Under the pieces are notes generated by a model, which had not been told where the DNA came from, did no database searches, and was given only the letters and a program-made list of their open reading frames with translations. The position numbers and the translations under genes were made by a program. DNA of 64,000 nucleotides, from positions 56,296,001 to 56,360,000 of the forward strand of contig OX638151.1 in NCBI GenBank assembly GCA_951804945.1. Reading direction: 5' to 3'. This DNA comes from Podarcis cretensis. Its lineage: Eukaryota. Shown piece by piece: positions 46,018 to 59,496 of the stretch; position 1 is the stretch's first letter, and each line of letters opens with the position of its first letter.

Positions 46018-46227
46018 TACGCCAATTTATGCTAAGGACAGGCTTCATTTCGCTTGATAACCTTCTCAGTTGCATCATGTGGGTTCTTGCTTAAATGTGC
46101 AAAATGCAAAATGTGGGTTCTTGCTTAAAGCAACAATAACATTATCATTAGCCAAGAAAAGCTGAATAAATTATGTATATTTACATATATTTGCATATTC
46201 TGGTTCTGCCAATAATTGGGAGTTGCA

Positions 46228-46445
46228 GACAGGCATTGTGGTGTAGTAGCTGGACTAGGAAATGGAAGATGAGGGTTCAAATCCCCACTCAGCCATGAAG
46301 CTCACTGGGTGACCCTAGGCCAGTCACAGCCTTTCAGCAAAACCTACCTCACTGTGGAATTGCGAGGATAAAATGAGGAGGAGGAGATCCATGTATGTCT
46401 CCTTGAGCTCCTTGGGGAAAAGGTGGGATATAAATGTATAATTTA
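46228..46445 (+). mobile_element. MIR/CORE-like tRNA SINE
   Basis: B box GGTTCAAATCC, core TGGGTGACCCTAGGCCAGTCAC..ACCTACCTCAC...GAGGATAAAATG, and an L2-like tail. An older copy lies at ~50340-50500. Confidence 0.7.
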
Positions 46446-47307
46446 ACATACAGACACACGCACACAGAAGCCCCACTTCCTAACTGCTAAAAATTCTGCC
46501 CAATCCTCCTCTGACTTCAGCCCACACTACTTCTCACTTTATCTGTTGAGGAGGGGCCCCAACCATTTGCAGTCTCTGGCAGATTCCTTTGATCCACTGT
46601 TGTCTGAACGGGTCATTCCCCCCAGGTTATCACCTCACAGAGAAGGCTAGTCCTGGCTTAATTAGCTGTTGACACATCACAAGGAAGCACCAGTTTGGCT
46701 TAATTATATATTGACACATGCTGATTCCGGAGGATTAGAAGCATCAAATACACAACTTAAATACACACAGGGCTAGCACTTTAAACACTCTGAGCCTTAT
46801 TTTAATTCTAACACCTACTGAACCCAGTAATTTAGGGGAGTCTAGTAAAATATACTTGATATAAAAACTATGCAATACTGTCACTGTGTAACAGGAGAAC
46901 TACAAACAACCCTGCTTGTATAGAGCATAAGCCCTCTGCCCTGTTTGGAAGGGAGGTATGCAGCTAGCATTCTAGACGCATCTGTAACCATTAGCATAGC
47001 AACTATGGGATGAGGTGTAATGGTGTACAAGTCCTCCCCCAGGGACCAAAGACTTTATGGCAGTAATGAAGGAAGCTGTGGAGCCGCATTTGCTGGTCCT
47101 ATTATTTCTCTCTATGAAATTCTAACCTTCCCGTTAACAAAGCATCAAAATGTAGTGTGTGATTGTATGAATCGTGAGCATAACAAGTTGAGAAAGTGCA
47201 GAGCTAGCTTATTTTCGTGCAAAAGCAGTAAACAAGTTTTCTACAGGTCCTTTGTGCACATTTCTGTGAGTCATTTTCTTCTCCTAAAAAGCCAGGGGGA
47301 AAAACAT

Positions 47308-47310
<3 letters not shown>

Positions 47311-47357
<47 letters not shown>
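47311..47357. repeat. (AC)23 microsatellite
   Basis: Read directly from the sequence. Confidence 0.95.
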
Positions 47358-47362
<5 letters not shown>

Positions 47363-48652
47363 TAGAAGCACCCAGGGCCCCAACCTGTGATCAGAACCCT
47401 TATTATTTCAGACACCTTCAGCAGATACATAATAACATCATAGCCTGATACCTAATAAACAAATGTTTTTCCTTCAACAAACTTGCCCTCTCAAAGTTCA
47501 CTGAAAGACAATGCATGGGCTATGCAAACAGACTGGGAGTTTATGGTTATTATAAGGTGTTATTAAGTATTAAACACAGATTACAGCAGTAAACAGAAAA
47601 GAGGCCAGTTGCACATTTTGTAAGATACTTGTGAAGGTTACTGAGTGGGTAAACTTTAAAGAGAGACCTGAAGAAGAGCAATGAAATAGTATAATGGCAG
47701 TGATTTTCAAGCATTCTACCTTCGGAAGGGGGGAGGTTTTTACATGAAGTTCCGGCTTGGTACCCCTCTTTGCTACGTCTTCTAGAACATTCCAGGATGT
47801 GTGGTGCTGTCAGGACAGGACTTTAGGCCCTAACGAACAGAATGAGCAAGAAGACCTCCAACTGCAATAGGGCTAGCTATTTTGAATGCACATTGCCATC
47901 TAAAACAGCACCCTCTGCAAGACCATTTAGCTCAAAGTCTAAAATGACCTAACTGCACACCCCAAATTCTCCTGTCACTGGAGTCCTGTTTGATTACTGA
48001 ACATATGAAGGAGCTATCCAGAATTATGCAGACTAACCCTCTTTTTTACTCTCCAGGGATTTGTAAACCACCCCCCCCCCCGCGGGTCTTAGTGCCTTGC
48101 CCCCAACCTGTATATTGGGCCTTAGCTCTAAATATGGACCTCATTCTCAGAAGTCAGGGTGTAATTAAAAATGAATGGTGACATAACACAAATGTGCAAA
48201 TCAAACTGAAAGCTGGAACTTGCTTCAAGGGATAATAAAGCCAACACATTCAGTAATCCAAGCCAAAATTTCATAGCATTGATTAATCACTCTTCTAATC
48301 TTATCAGGCAAAATTGCCCTGAAATAAGTGCGGTAGTAGTTCCGTAACACATTTGTCCAGTTGTGTATGTCTTCCACTCTTAATAAATTAAAATAAATTA
48401 ATGAACAGAAACATTTATCTACTATTGTCTTAAAATGTGTGTTTGTAAAAACCACATTAAAATTGGTCATGATCTTCAGGGCATTTCTCCAGGGCTAATT
48501 TTCCAGTCACTTTTCTTGAGAACTGCCGACCACTCAGTGTTATACAGAGCACACCCTGATTCTCTGCATGTCCACTTGGCTGATGAGGGAAATTGTTGGC
48601 TATGCATGGATTGCACAGTTTACAATTATGTTAGAGCCAACAATATTGTATC

Positions 48653-49845
48653 TTAGAATCACAGAATTGTAGAGTTGGAAGGTACTCTGAGGGTCATCTA
48701 CTCCAGTCCCCTGCAATGCAGGAATCCCAACTAAAGCATTCAAGACAGATGGCCATCCAAACTCTGCCTAAAAACCTCCAATGAAGAAGTCCACAGCCTT
48801 CCAAGGGAGTAAATTCCACTGTCAAGCAGCTCTTACAATCAGAAAGTTATTCCTGTTCTTTAGTCAGAATCTCCCTTCTTGTAACTTGAAGCCATTGGTT
48901 TTGGTCCTACCCTCCGGAGCAGAAGAAAACAAGCTTGCTCCATCTTCCATGTGACAGCCCTTTAGATATCTGAAGATAGTTATCATATCTCTTCTCAGTC
49001 TCTTCTTATCCAGGCTAAACATACCCAACTCCCTCAACCGTTCCTCATCAGGCTTGGTTTCCAGACCCTTTATCATCTTGGTTGCCCTCCTCTGCACATG
49101 TTCCAGCTTGTCAACTTTCTTTTTAAATTGCAGTGCCCAGAACTGGACTGACCAAGTCAGAGTAGAGTGGTACTATTACTTTCCTTCTATACTTCTGCTT
49201 ATGTGGCCTAAAATAGCATCACACTGTTGAATCATGTTAAGCTTGTGGTTCACTAATACCCCTAAATCCTTTGCACACGTACTACTGACAAACCCAGTGT
49301 CTCCTATCTTATATTTGTGCAGCTGGTTCTTCTTGCCTTTGTGTAGAACCTTGAATTCCGATTCTGTCTTCTTTGGCATTCGCTGCCTATCCCAGTTTGG
49401 TGTTATCTGCAAATGTGATGAGCATCCCTTCAATACCTTTATCTAAGTCGTTTATAAAGATATTGAACAACAATAGGTCCAGGACAAAAACCCCGTGGCA
49501 CCCCATTTGTTTCTTTTCCCCCAGGATGAAAAGAGCAATTAGTGAGCACCCTTTTGGTCAGTCAACCAGCTGCAAGCCCACCTAACAGTTATTTTGTCCA
49601 GACCACAGTTTACCAGCTTCCCCACAAGAATATCATGGGGCATTTTGTCAAAAGCCTGATCCACCCAGCTTGTAACTGTATCAAAAGAATAAATTAGATT
49701 TGTCTGGCATGATTTTGTTTTTGAGAAATCCATGCTAGGTCTTAGTAATCACAGTTTCCTTTTCTAAGTGCTCACAGAAACTGTTTAACTATCTGTTCTA
49801 GGTCCTTTCCTGGTATTGGCATCAAACTCACCAGTTGGTAGTTTG
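48653..49845 (-). mobile_element. Degenerate CR1 LINE (RT to 3' end)
   Basis: ORF fragments KSCQTNLI..AFDKMPHDILVGKL, KDLGVLVNHKLNM and QRRATKMIKGLETKPDEERLRELGMFSL, with a CR1 tail at ~48653. Confidence 0.9.
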
Positions 49846-51267
49846 TTGACAATGTAGCTTTGGGGGTTTTATGCTTAAATTTGCCCCAGAAGCAAGCAAA
49901 GCTTGCAGATTTGTCCTGAGGGTCTATGGATTAAGAGAAATTTTTGAGTTCTTAGTGCAGCTAATAAAAACAGGCAATATCCAACTGAACACTTCTACTA
50001 GTCAAGGTCTTTTAGTTGTGCAATGAAACTTCCCTGCCCTCTCCTATCCCCATGTACTCCCTAAATCTGTTATGGTTCCATTGTGCAGCTAAAATATCTT
50101 GAATAGCAGAAGTGTTTAGTTGGATACTACCCAATACATACTTGTACCACAGAGAGACAAGACCCAGGGTGAGATGGGGTTGCAGCAGGAATAGCCAGTG
50201 GGGTCTCCTTGCTATGCTGTTCAACTACAACCTTCATTAGCCACAGCCAGCACGATCAATTGTCTGGGATAAGGGGAGGTGTAGATGAGCAACATCTGGA
50301 GGCTACCATGTTGCCTCTGTTAAAGTGCCTGGAATAATATTGGAGAGACCCAAGTTGAAATTGTCATTTGGCCATGAATCTCCATGGAAGAACTTGAGTC
50401 AGCCATTCTCTGCCAGCCCGACCTACATCACAGAGTAGTTGTGAGGGTAAAATGAGGTGATCATACTTGAATTCCTTTGAAGAAATCTGCAATTCATAAA
50501 TAACAAATGTTTACATGTCACTAACAGTATGATGTGGAATCTTATCTGCAGCATAGACTGAAAACACTTCCCTCTCCCCCCCCCAAAGTTATTCTCTGTA
50601 TTCCAAAAATGACGCGCTATATTTAACTTTACAAGGCCTCTCTACAGATCCTCAAATATTCTAATAACTACACAAACATTAATATTTAAATACAATACAT
50701 CCTATGAGCTACAGAATGGTCATAACTGTGGACTGATAAACTACTTTAAAAAATTCTCTTTAGGAGTCAAGTGGGGAGGGAGATGCTGATATGATTGTCT
50801 CTTGTCATTGTAAAATTGGCAGCTGTTGGATGCAATATACATCCCTGGTAAAAACAGTTCAAGAAGGGGAGCAACTGCAGTGAAAATTAGTACTCTTACC
50901 CTAGCAATGAATGGTGCTATCAACAAAATTTGGGGGCAAAGCTTATAAAACTCTTTTACTTTCTGAAAAGTGCAATGTGGCAATATTTAACTATGACTGT
51001 GGTCCTCACATACGGAGGTGTCCTAAACAGATGTAACTGCTGCTGTTCTCTTAACCATAGTTGGTAGATTGCTGGTGGTGTATGGAGTCACACAGTCCCA
51101 TTCCCTCCTTCTTTTATAAATATAGATTCTCCCTCTCTCTTCCATTGTCTCTTTAGTTAGCAGGACATCTGCAATGGTGCTCTTTGTGATTAACGCTAGC
51201 TTGGTTGCTCTTACAGGTTACAAACCTATTTCTAATGCTGGTTAGAATGGAAACTACGGTTAGCTAG

Positions 51268-51419
51268 CATAGGAGCCAACCCCTAGGGGCCAAGGTTCCT
51301 TTGCCCCCTCCCCATAAAATATTTGAGGGGGACCCCCAAAGTTAATGGGCACTGCCATTCAAATGCTGTGTGTGTGCCATATTTTGTAATTGATTTTTTT
51401 ATTCAAGTTGGCACCCCTG
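51268..51419. mobile_element. hAT (Tip100-like) MITE
   Basis: CATAGGAGCCAAC ... GTTGGCACCCCTG with 8-bp TSD TTAGCTAG / TTAGTTAG. Confidence 0.7.
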
Positions 51420-52232
51420 TTAGTTAGCAGTTATGGTGGACTGTTGTGGTGGGTTGTGTCCAATTAAGTTGCACAAGGACACCTGCATGACAGAACTTTG
51501 TCTCCCTCTTCCTCCCCCTGCACCCCACAAATCAGCCCCAGAGGGTTAGAAGAACCAGCAGAACCTGAACAGATGAGGAGGTCGAATGGAAGGAGAAGTT
51601 CTATTGGATACAAACCAGTATTCCTTACAGGAGTTACTTAAGCCACATTTTCTGCAAAGCCTTGGACACAATGCCTTAATCCTCATTCTACTCAAAGGTA
51701 AGTCCCACAGAGTGTGCTGAAGCTTACTCCCAGGTAAGTAGATAGTCTGAACAGTAGTATCTTTATTGACAAATGTAATGAAGAACAAACAGAAAGTTCC
51801 TACTCAGTACTTAGAAATGATTTATCCCACCACATAGAAACCACAAGCTGTGTGTATATTTTTGTGTATGTACCTGCATATTCCTGTATTACAGGGGGTT
51901 GGACTAGATGGTCCTCAGGGTCTCTTCCAGTTCTACAGTTCTGTGATTTTTTGGTTCTATGATCGGCAGCACTGTTGCTACCATCCTGCCCTCTTCTTGC
52001 ACTCCAAAACATTTATCAGTAGAAATGGTACAAAACTGGTTTGCATACAAAGTTCTTTTAATAGAAGGCATCACCATGTTGTACTTAATTTCTGAAATGG
52101 TGGTGGTGGAGGGGAGGAAGTCTGGCTTAAGCCATGTCTGCAAGCTCTTTGCTGTATCCCACTTGTATGGCGGAGACACAGTGGTTGTGGTGACTAAAGA
52201 CATTCTGAATTGAAGACACTCTCATCTTACTA

Positions 52233-53161
52233 CAGTGGTACCTTGGTTTAAGAACAGTCTGGTTTAAGAACAATTTGGTTTACAAACTCCGCAAAACCAG
52301 AAATAGTGTCTTGGTTTGGGAACTTTACCTCGGTCTAAGAATGGAATCTGTGATAAAATCTTAATTGGCTAATTACTTTATGGCCCCAATTAGCCCCAGT
52401 TTATTGCGGTCCGGCACACTTCTTAGCCAAGCTGCGCAGACCTTCTGCTCTCCGGTTTCGTCTTGCAGAGTAAAAACACAGCGGAACAAAAACCGTTGCT
52501 GCTTGCTTAGATCCAAATACACCAAGCTCTGTGAGTCCAAATTAACAGTTCTTTATTGCAGCAAAATATTTACAGCTCAGCATTTCTCAGATTCTCCTGG
52601 ACTGCTAGCATTCATGGCGTCCGTCTCTTTCAGAGACAAAGAGAGAACAACAGAAAGTAATGCTCCTCCCTCCTTCCACACGTCAGAATGGGAGGCACTA
52701 CTCAGAACAACTTAACCCTGTAAGTTCTGAATCCCAACACCCCCTCTTGCCGAGCATTCTGACAAGACCTGTGGATGTACCTTTGCAGACCTCTGTGAGA
52801 TCAATCCCTTCCCTAATGCCTTGCGCCCTCTCCTGGCGTTCCTGTCAGGCATCTGTGGAACATCCTCACAACTCTCAGACTCTTGCACATTCCTCAATTC
52901 TACAGCCTTTGCTAACCTCAGGTAGCACCTGTAGTTCTTCAAGAGAAGAATGAGCTGTCTTCCTGTGCCACGCACAAGCACATGAAACATGAGTGGGAAC
53001 TGTAGCACGCAGGGCTTGTGCTTTCTCAACAGAATCCGAATGGTGGAAGGGTACCGGTGGTGGGAGGCCTCATTAGGAAATGTGTGCCTCGGTTTAAGAA
53101 CGGTTTTGTTTTAAGAACGGACTTCCGCAATGGATTAAGTTCATAAACCGAGGTACCACTG
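52233..53161. mobile_element. Tigger-like MITE interrupted by a solo LTR
   Basis: TA-CAGTGGTACCTTGGTTTA ... TAAACCGAGGTACCACTG-TA. Confidence 0.85.
52349..53031 (-). mobile_element. Solo LTR (683 bp)
   Basis: TG...CA termini with short inverted ends (TGTGATAAAA / TTTCTCAACA), 5-bp TSD GAATC (52344-52348 / 53032-53036), and minus-strand AATAAA at 52552-52557. Confidence 0.8.
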
Positions 53162-54816
53162 TATTTCACATTTCACTGAGTAACCTTAGAAACAAAGTTC
53201 CCATTACCATTAAGCAGAAATATTTTAAATAGTAAAATTATCTTTTCCTACAAAACTTACTTTGTATTTATCTTATTGAGTATCCATTCATAAGAAGCAA
53301 GAGAAGGGAATGTTCACTGTGTTAATATGCTTCATCAAGCTGTGTATCGGCTCAAAGGTGGTAGATATCAGTCAATGAAGAATTGCGTATTTTTAAATAT
53401 AAAGTTTTTGAAAAAATAGAAAATATAAAGAATAAACAAACCCCGCACATCTGAAATACAGGAACTGTTTCTGTGCAGTTAATTCCAGTAAACTAGTTAT
53501 TACAAATGCTTTTATTTCTGCCCAGAATACTACTGAGTATCGTAAGAGAAACTAGTTCACTATTATACAGTTTTCCATATATAAGGAAATGATGCAAAAG
53601 AGATAAGCCATTTTCAAAACAGATCAGCTTGTCTCTTTAGCAATGGAAAATGTCAGCCTAAAAATAGCAAAGCTCTGTCTGTCCACATAGTTCTCTGCTT
53701 CACCTGCATGGCATTCCTTGATCCCAGTCCATAAATCCTATGGGGGGGATTTGTGTGACATGTGTGTTCTGCATTACACCCAGTTGGTGTGATTATAAAC
53801 CATAAATTGTGGCTATAATATTTGCATTAAATGTGGAACCTGAGCCTAAACATGTTTACTTGGAAGAGAGTCCTACTCATCATATTTCTGGCATATATGT
53901 TTTAGATTACAGTATTTATAATATATGAAATAGCATTTTGGGGAAGAAAGTGAATGTATTACAATAAACAGCTCAGCTCCCCCTAATGGTGTTACTAATG
54001 CATCTCTATCAACTTATGGGATATTCTCTGCTGATCAGATCCCTGCTGATGAACAGTAAAGCAGATTTGATGTTATGTGAATAATTGTAAGATTATTATT
54101 TAACATCAACATATTTTTTTTAATCGAGCTCACATGGGGGTCCCTTTCAGCATTATGATTCTATGATTCTATGATTTAAAAAAATTACAATAATTCCATT
54201 ACTGGAATTCGCACATGAACAGAAAGAGGGGCATTAAATGCACTGATATGTCGTCATTTGGATTCCCGGTGGCATTGTTGTTGCTACGGCTTTTAGAAGA
54301 CTGGGGTGAAATTTCCCAAGTCTGAATAATGGCATTCTGTCACTTAGTCTGAAATCTTCTCTTCTGCTCTCCAAATGGACAGAGCAATCTTCACTTTCTG
54401 TGTATCACTGTTGTGCTGCTGCTAAACAGATTGTCTGTTGTCCCGCAGAGTTGGTCTCATTTCACTGGTGGATAAAGCGATTCTTGCAAATAGCTTGCAA
54501 AATGATTTGGGATCCTTTGGGATGAAAGGCGTTATAAAAATGTGTAAAATTATTATTACCAGGGAGAAAGAAAGAAAAAACCCACCACTGTGTGTACTGT
54601 TTATATCAAGCGGGGAATGGGGAGGTGACTGTCTTATGTTAATGAAATGCCTGTTTCACCCTTATTACACTGGAGAAACTGTGGGGAAAGAGTTTATCAT
54701 GTGAAAATACAACACCCATGTTCCTACTATAATACAGCAGAGGCCAATGAGACATGTGGTAATCTAAGGAGTGAGTGTTGATTGTTCAACTTAAAAGATG
54801 CTGGAAATGTGGTAGA

Positions 54817-54880
54817 TCATAGAATCATAGAATCATAGAGTTGGAAGAGACCACCATCGAGTCCAACCCCCTGCCAAGCA
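54817..54880 (-). mobile_element. Very short CR1 3' end
   Basis: (TAGAATCA)n-TAGAGTTGGAAGAGAC...GAGTCCAACCCCCTGCCAAGCAG, nearly identical to the tail at 39482. Confidence 0.8.
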
Positions 54881-55109
54881 GATGTATCTCACACTTTAAA
54901 AAAAACCCCAAAAACATGGGAACTGCTTCAACTTGATTTTGCCAGGTTTCTTGGGATTTGCAGTACATTCAGCAAAGCAATGGCGTTGCTGAAGTACAAC
55001 ACATTGGAAAACGTAGGCCCCACAAAGCTGCTGTTACTCTGTTAATTGGGCAAGCATAAAAGTAAGTCAAGATGAAAACTTTGTTGCACTAAGATCTAGT
55101 TCTCACTGA

Positions 55110-55315
55110 CAGTGACAGAGCTTCATGCTCCGGCACCGGGGGGGGGGGCAGAGAGAAGGTGGGGGCGGGGCTGAAGTGCACCCTGGGGGCGTGGTGCGCC
55201 ACCTGCGGGGGCAGGGCTCCCAGTGCAGGCTGGAGGGCAGCCAAAATGGCACCCCACTGGGATTGCACTGCCGGGGGCGGTGCGCTCCCCCCGCACTCCT
55301 CTTCCTCCGCCAGTG
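55110..55315. mobile_element. GC-rich hAT-like MITE
   Basis: CAGTGACAGAG ... CTCCGCCAGTG with 8-bp TSD CTCACTGA / CTCAGTGA. Confidence 0.7.
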
Positions 55316-57948
55316 CTCAGTGAAGTAGTAAAGACAAAGTGAAGATTTTGGATAACAAAGCTCCTTTAATTCTTCATTTTAGAGAGCAGGTGAGGGCTTA
55401 CAGATTAAGGTTGCGGTCCTGTGGTCTCTGGGAGGGCACCAATGGGGCCACAGAAGTGCCAAATTTCCCATTTTGAGGGGAGAAAGAGAAGCTCATCTTC
55501 AGAATAGGAGATCCCTCCTCCATGAGGTTGTGGAAAGGTCAGCTCTCCTCAAGCGTTGGAGAGGTCAGGGAGGAAACATTCCTAGGGAATGTATGGGTTG
55601 TGGACCTTAAGAGCTACCAACCTCCCATTTGCCTGACACACTCTTGGAATGGGATAGGTGGGGGGACAAACTACACCAGCCTTGGAGGTGACAGAGCTTG
55701 TTTTCTTTAACGTAAGGGAAACTGTTTCAAAAACAAAAAACCGGAATATGAGAAATGGTTCATCTGCCTTTGGCTCTACCTCCGTCTGTCCTCTTGGATT
55801 GCTCCACTCATGTTGTCAATAATGTGAGCCCACATCTGAACTGAGAAGTGCTGTAGCCCAGATCCATAAGGTTTGCCACCTCAGCGAGAACTAAGCTATC
55901 TATCTAAAAATGTTCTGCAAGAAAAGTAAAAACATTTTTTTAACCTTTGTTCCCTTGCATTAAGTTTGGCTGTTGAGATCAGAGTGAAGACTTTGGATCA
56001 CAAAGCTCCTATTATTCTTCACACTATAGAAAAAAAAAAGATTTGCACTTATGCAAATAGTTACAATACTTTGAAATAATGTTCTGCTAGCTAAATGTAT
56101 TTTTCAATGTACTATTTAATTATGGATATGCTTGATTTAACACTTAGTATCAAAATGCTAAAAATCTCAAAAGTGCTAAAGTCTACAGGAAGCACAATAT
56201 TGCTGTATTGTGTGCAAAAGCATTTTAAAGATTCTGATTCTGGGAGAGCTTTATTGAAAACAGTACTTACTTGTCTATGGGGCCTAGTGCTATCCTAGTG
56301 TGATACAGGAGAGAGAGGGGGGGGGAGAGAGATGGCCCTTTTGACACATAAACCCTGGGCACAAGCTAGCTAAAATTATACACATTCAAGTCCCATTGAT
56401 TTCAAAGAGAGGTTTTTGCATTTTTAAGTTGATTGACTTAAAAAATTAATCAACTGTAACGGCCCCAGTTCATACATCTGGCATGAATAGCAGGTTCAGG
56501 ATGTTTTAAAATGAATTTACAAATAAGCTTTTTGGCTAAAAAGAAACAATACCAGAAATAAAGATGGATGCTTAAAAGTTATATTGTGTTCCCTATCTTC
56601 AGATCATATTACATGTCCACCATGTTTACTTCTATACCTTTAACTCCATATTTTTACTCTTTCACCCCTGCCTCTGTAATTTATTTGCTTCGTCTGATAT
56701 ATTCTGGCACACATTCAAATAACCTAGTAGCTAAGTGAAATAGCATATACTTTCTACATTGCATTAACAGGAATTATTAAGTGGTATTACTGGGTGGTTT
56801 TTTTCCTTGCGCACATGCGCATGGGCACGCACAATGGGGGAGAGAGAAATATGTTATCACTTCTGTATTTGAAATAGTAGTTTCATTTTGTTTTGAGAAC
56901 TGCACATCTTTCATTCTTAGCTGGTAAGCTGACAAAACCAAAGCAACCTGGATAAAAATGAAGGGATTTCAACCACCGTGAAATACTGTGTGACATAACG
57001 GCCAACATAAAGCCATCATTCTCAATGTTTACATTGGTACTGATTCTTAACAGCATGACGTTAGCTCAACATAAAGCTATGCTTTTTCTAAAACAACTCA
57101 GGTACAAGGAGAGCCTTTAACAACCAATCATGTTCCAGGTCTATAAAGAATTACACTACCAATCCAAACTGACATGTACATTAAAGCTCACCTATGGGCA
57201 CCTTAAATTTTTACTCAGAGCCAGGGATTTACTCATCCCGAGAAACACAATAGTTGTTATGTACATATATCATTCCAGAAATCAATGGATGTTCCAAGTG
57301 TTACAGTTCCGTACATATCCAATTGTTTTACAATTAACCCAATATGACACCTAAAGAGAAAATTTAAATAAGGAAATTCACATCTCGCAGCGTAAATCAG
57401 CAGGATGAAAAAGCAAGCATTGACAATGCTTAACAATTTGGCTGCTAGTACAACAGCCTGTTTCTTTGAAGTTATTTATGTCTCTGTAGAGTTGCAGCAA
57501 AGGCTGATGTATGCAAAGCCATAGTACTTAATGCCAGAACTGACTAGCTGCCAGCATGTTAGGGAAACAGCATTGTGAAGAGGATGTCCAAGGAAACCCG
57601 GGAGCACAACTCTATGTATGTTCACTCAAAGGTAAGTCCCTCGGAGTTTGCTGACTCCCAGGTAAATGGGTAGTCTAAATAGTAGTATATTGATTGACAG
57701 AAGAACAAATAGAAAGTGCCTATTCACTCCTTAGCAATGCTTTACCCATCCCACCCCCTTTTGGCCTGGAGACACTTCTACAGCTGCATTGGATTGTACA
57801 ACCAGGTTCCACTTTAAAGTGGCTTCCCACATAGCAGCAGTAAGTAAGACAATGTGGTGATTCACTCAAAAAAAGCAAAACAAACCACAACCACTGATCT
57901 GCAACATGACAATGTGCAACTACTGCTGCTTTAGAATATTTCCCAATA

Positions 57949-58190
57949 CAGTGGTACCTTGAGTTACATTCGCTTCAGGTTACATATGCTTCAGGTTACA
58001 GACTCCGCTAACCCAGAAATAGTGCTTCAGGTTAAGAACTTTGCTTCAGGATGAGAACAGAAATTGTGCTCTGGCGGCGCGGTGGCAGCAGGAGGCCCCA
58101 TTAGCTAAAGTGGTGCTTCAGGTTAAGAACAGTTTCAGGTTAAGAACGGACCTCCGGGACGAATTAAGTACTTAACCCGAGGTACCACTG
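57949..58190 (-). mobile_element. Tigger-like MITE
   Basis: TA-flanked with CAGTGGTACC TIRs; close reverse complement of 62377-62618. Confidence 0.9.
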
Positions 58191-59298
58191 TACTTGATAG
58201 CTAAACATACATACATTGGTTCTGAGTTAAGTGAACAATAGGGGCACAGTACAGAGTGAGAGTTCTTAAAGGAAAGCAGCCTTCTGTGCCTGATGGCGTG
58301 CTTTGAGGGCTTGTCCATCACGCTTGCAAATGACATTTATTTATTTATTTAAAATTGTGAACAAGCTCCTGTCTTTTGTGTGTGCCCAGCTTGCAAGAGG
58401 TTATTGCCATCCTGAAACAAGTTATGGCGGTGAACTGGGAATTTGGCAGTCTGGTACTGGTACGGAAAGATTCCTCTTAATCACGAAATCACTTGATTCC
58501 AGGCCAAGCGTAATAAACAACAAACTCTTGCATTAACAAGTCAAGAACTAGTGTGGCCCAGTGGATACAATGTTATGGCCACTTTACACATTACATTTTT
58601 AGGGATACACCTAAAAGGGTTTATGTATGCTTTAAAACCGCAGGATGTGAATGCGCCAAACAAAAATTTGGAAACACATATATATCAGTCATTACTGGCT
58701 TCTTCTCTCTGAGTGTACACTTGACATCGTTCCCAGACCTGTCTCTGTGTAATGTGTGAAATGGCTCTTAAACATGTGCTCAAGCTGCATTTCAGCTGCA
58801 GTCTCAAAAGCACTTTGCAGGATTAAAAAAAAAAATCCACACAGAAATGACTTCTATGCAGGAACTATGAATCCTTCTTGTAGATCAAATGCGACAATTG
58901 CATTCATTAGGGTTTTGTTCCATGTCCTTGTGCTGGGACAGGGCTGGCACCAGGTTGACAAGGCCCTGAGCAATGTTCCTTCCAGTTCTTCTCCCCACCA
59001 AGCTCACCAGAGTACAGATGACACTGGCCAGTGGCAGGCAGCAAAGGAGGAAGGCAGCAGCACAGCTCCAGCTGCACTCCCTTGGCCCAGCATTGAAAAG
59101 AGAAGCACTACAGGGCAAGGCAGTTGCAGCCAGCATCACTAACATCCTCTTTCTTAAACCCAATTCCTGTAGGCATTCTCCCCAATCAGTACATGGAGGA
59201 TGGAACCAAAAGGTTATATTAGGTAGGATCTATGCATCTATGCCTTTAGGAACCATTTGGTTCATCTATTGTCCACACTGTCTGGCAACAACTCTAAA

Positions 59299-59496
59299 GG
59301 GCTGTAGTCAGTGTCGGACCATCTGCTTTGGGTGCAGAAAGTCCCAGGTCCAATCTTTAGCATCTCTTGGTAGGTCTGGGAATGTCCCTTCTCTGAAACC
59401 CTGAACAGCTGTTGCCAGTTAAGTGTGGGCAATAGTGAGCTCAATGGAACAGTGGTCTTGGACTGACTCCATACAAGGCAGTTTCTCATGCTCCTA
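59299..59496 (+). mobile_element. tRNA-derived squamate SINE (Squam3-like)
   Basis: tRNA-like head GGGCTGTAG.CAGTG..CATCTGCTTTG..TGCAGAAAGTCCCAGGTCCAATC, body CTGAAACCCTG..GCTGTTGCCAGT, tail AAGGCAGTTTCTCATGCTCCTA. Confidence 0.7.

Noticed and set aside
46077-46128. 19-bp direct repeat ATGTGGGTTCTTGCTTAAA
   Set aside because: Small local slippage duplication with no further structure.
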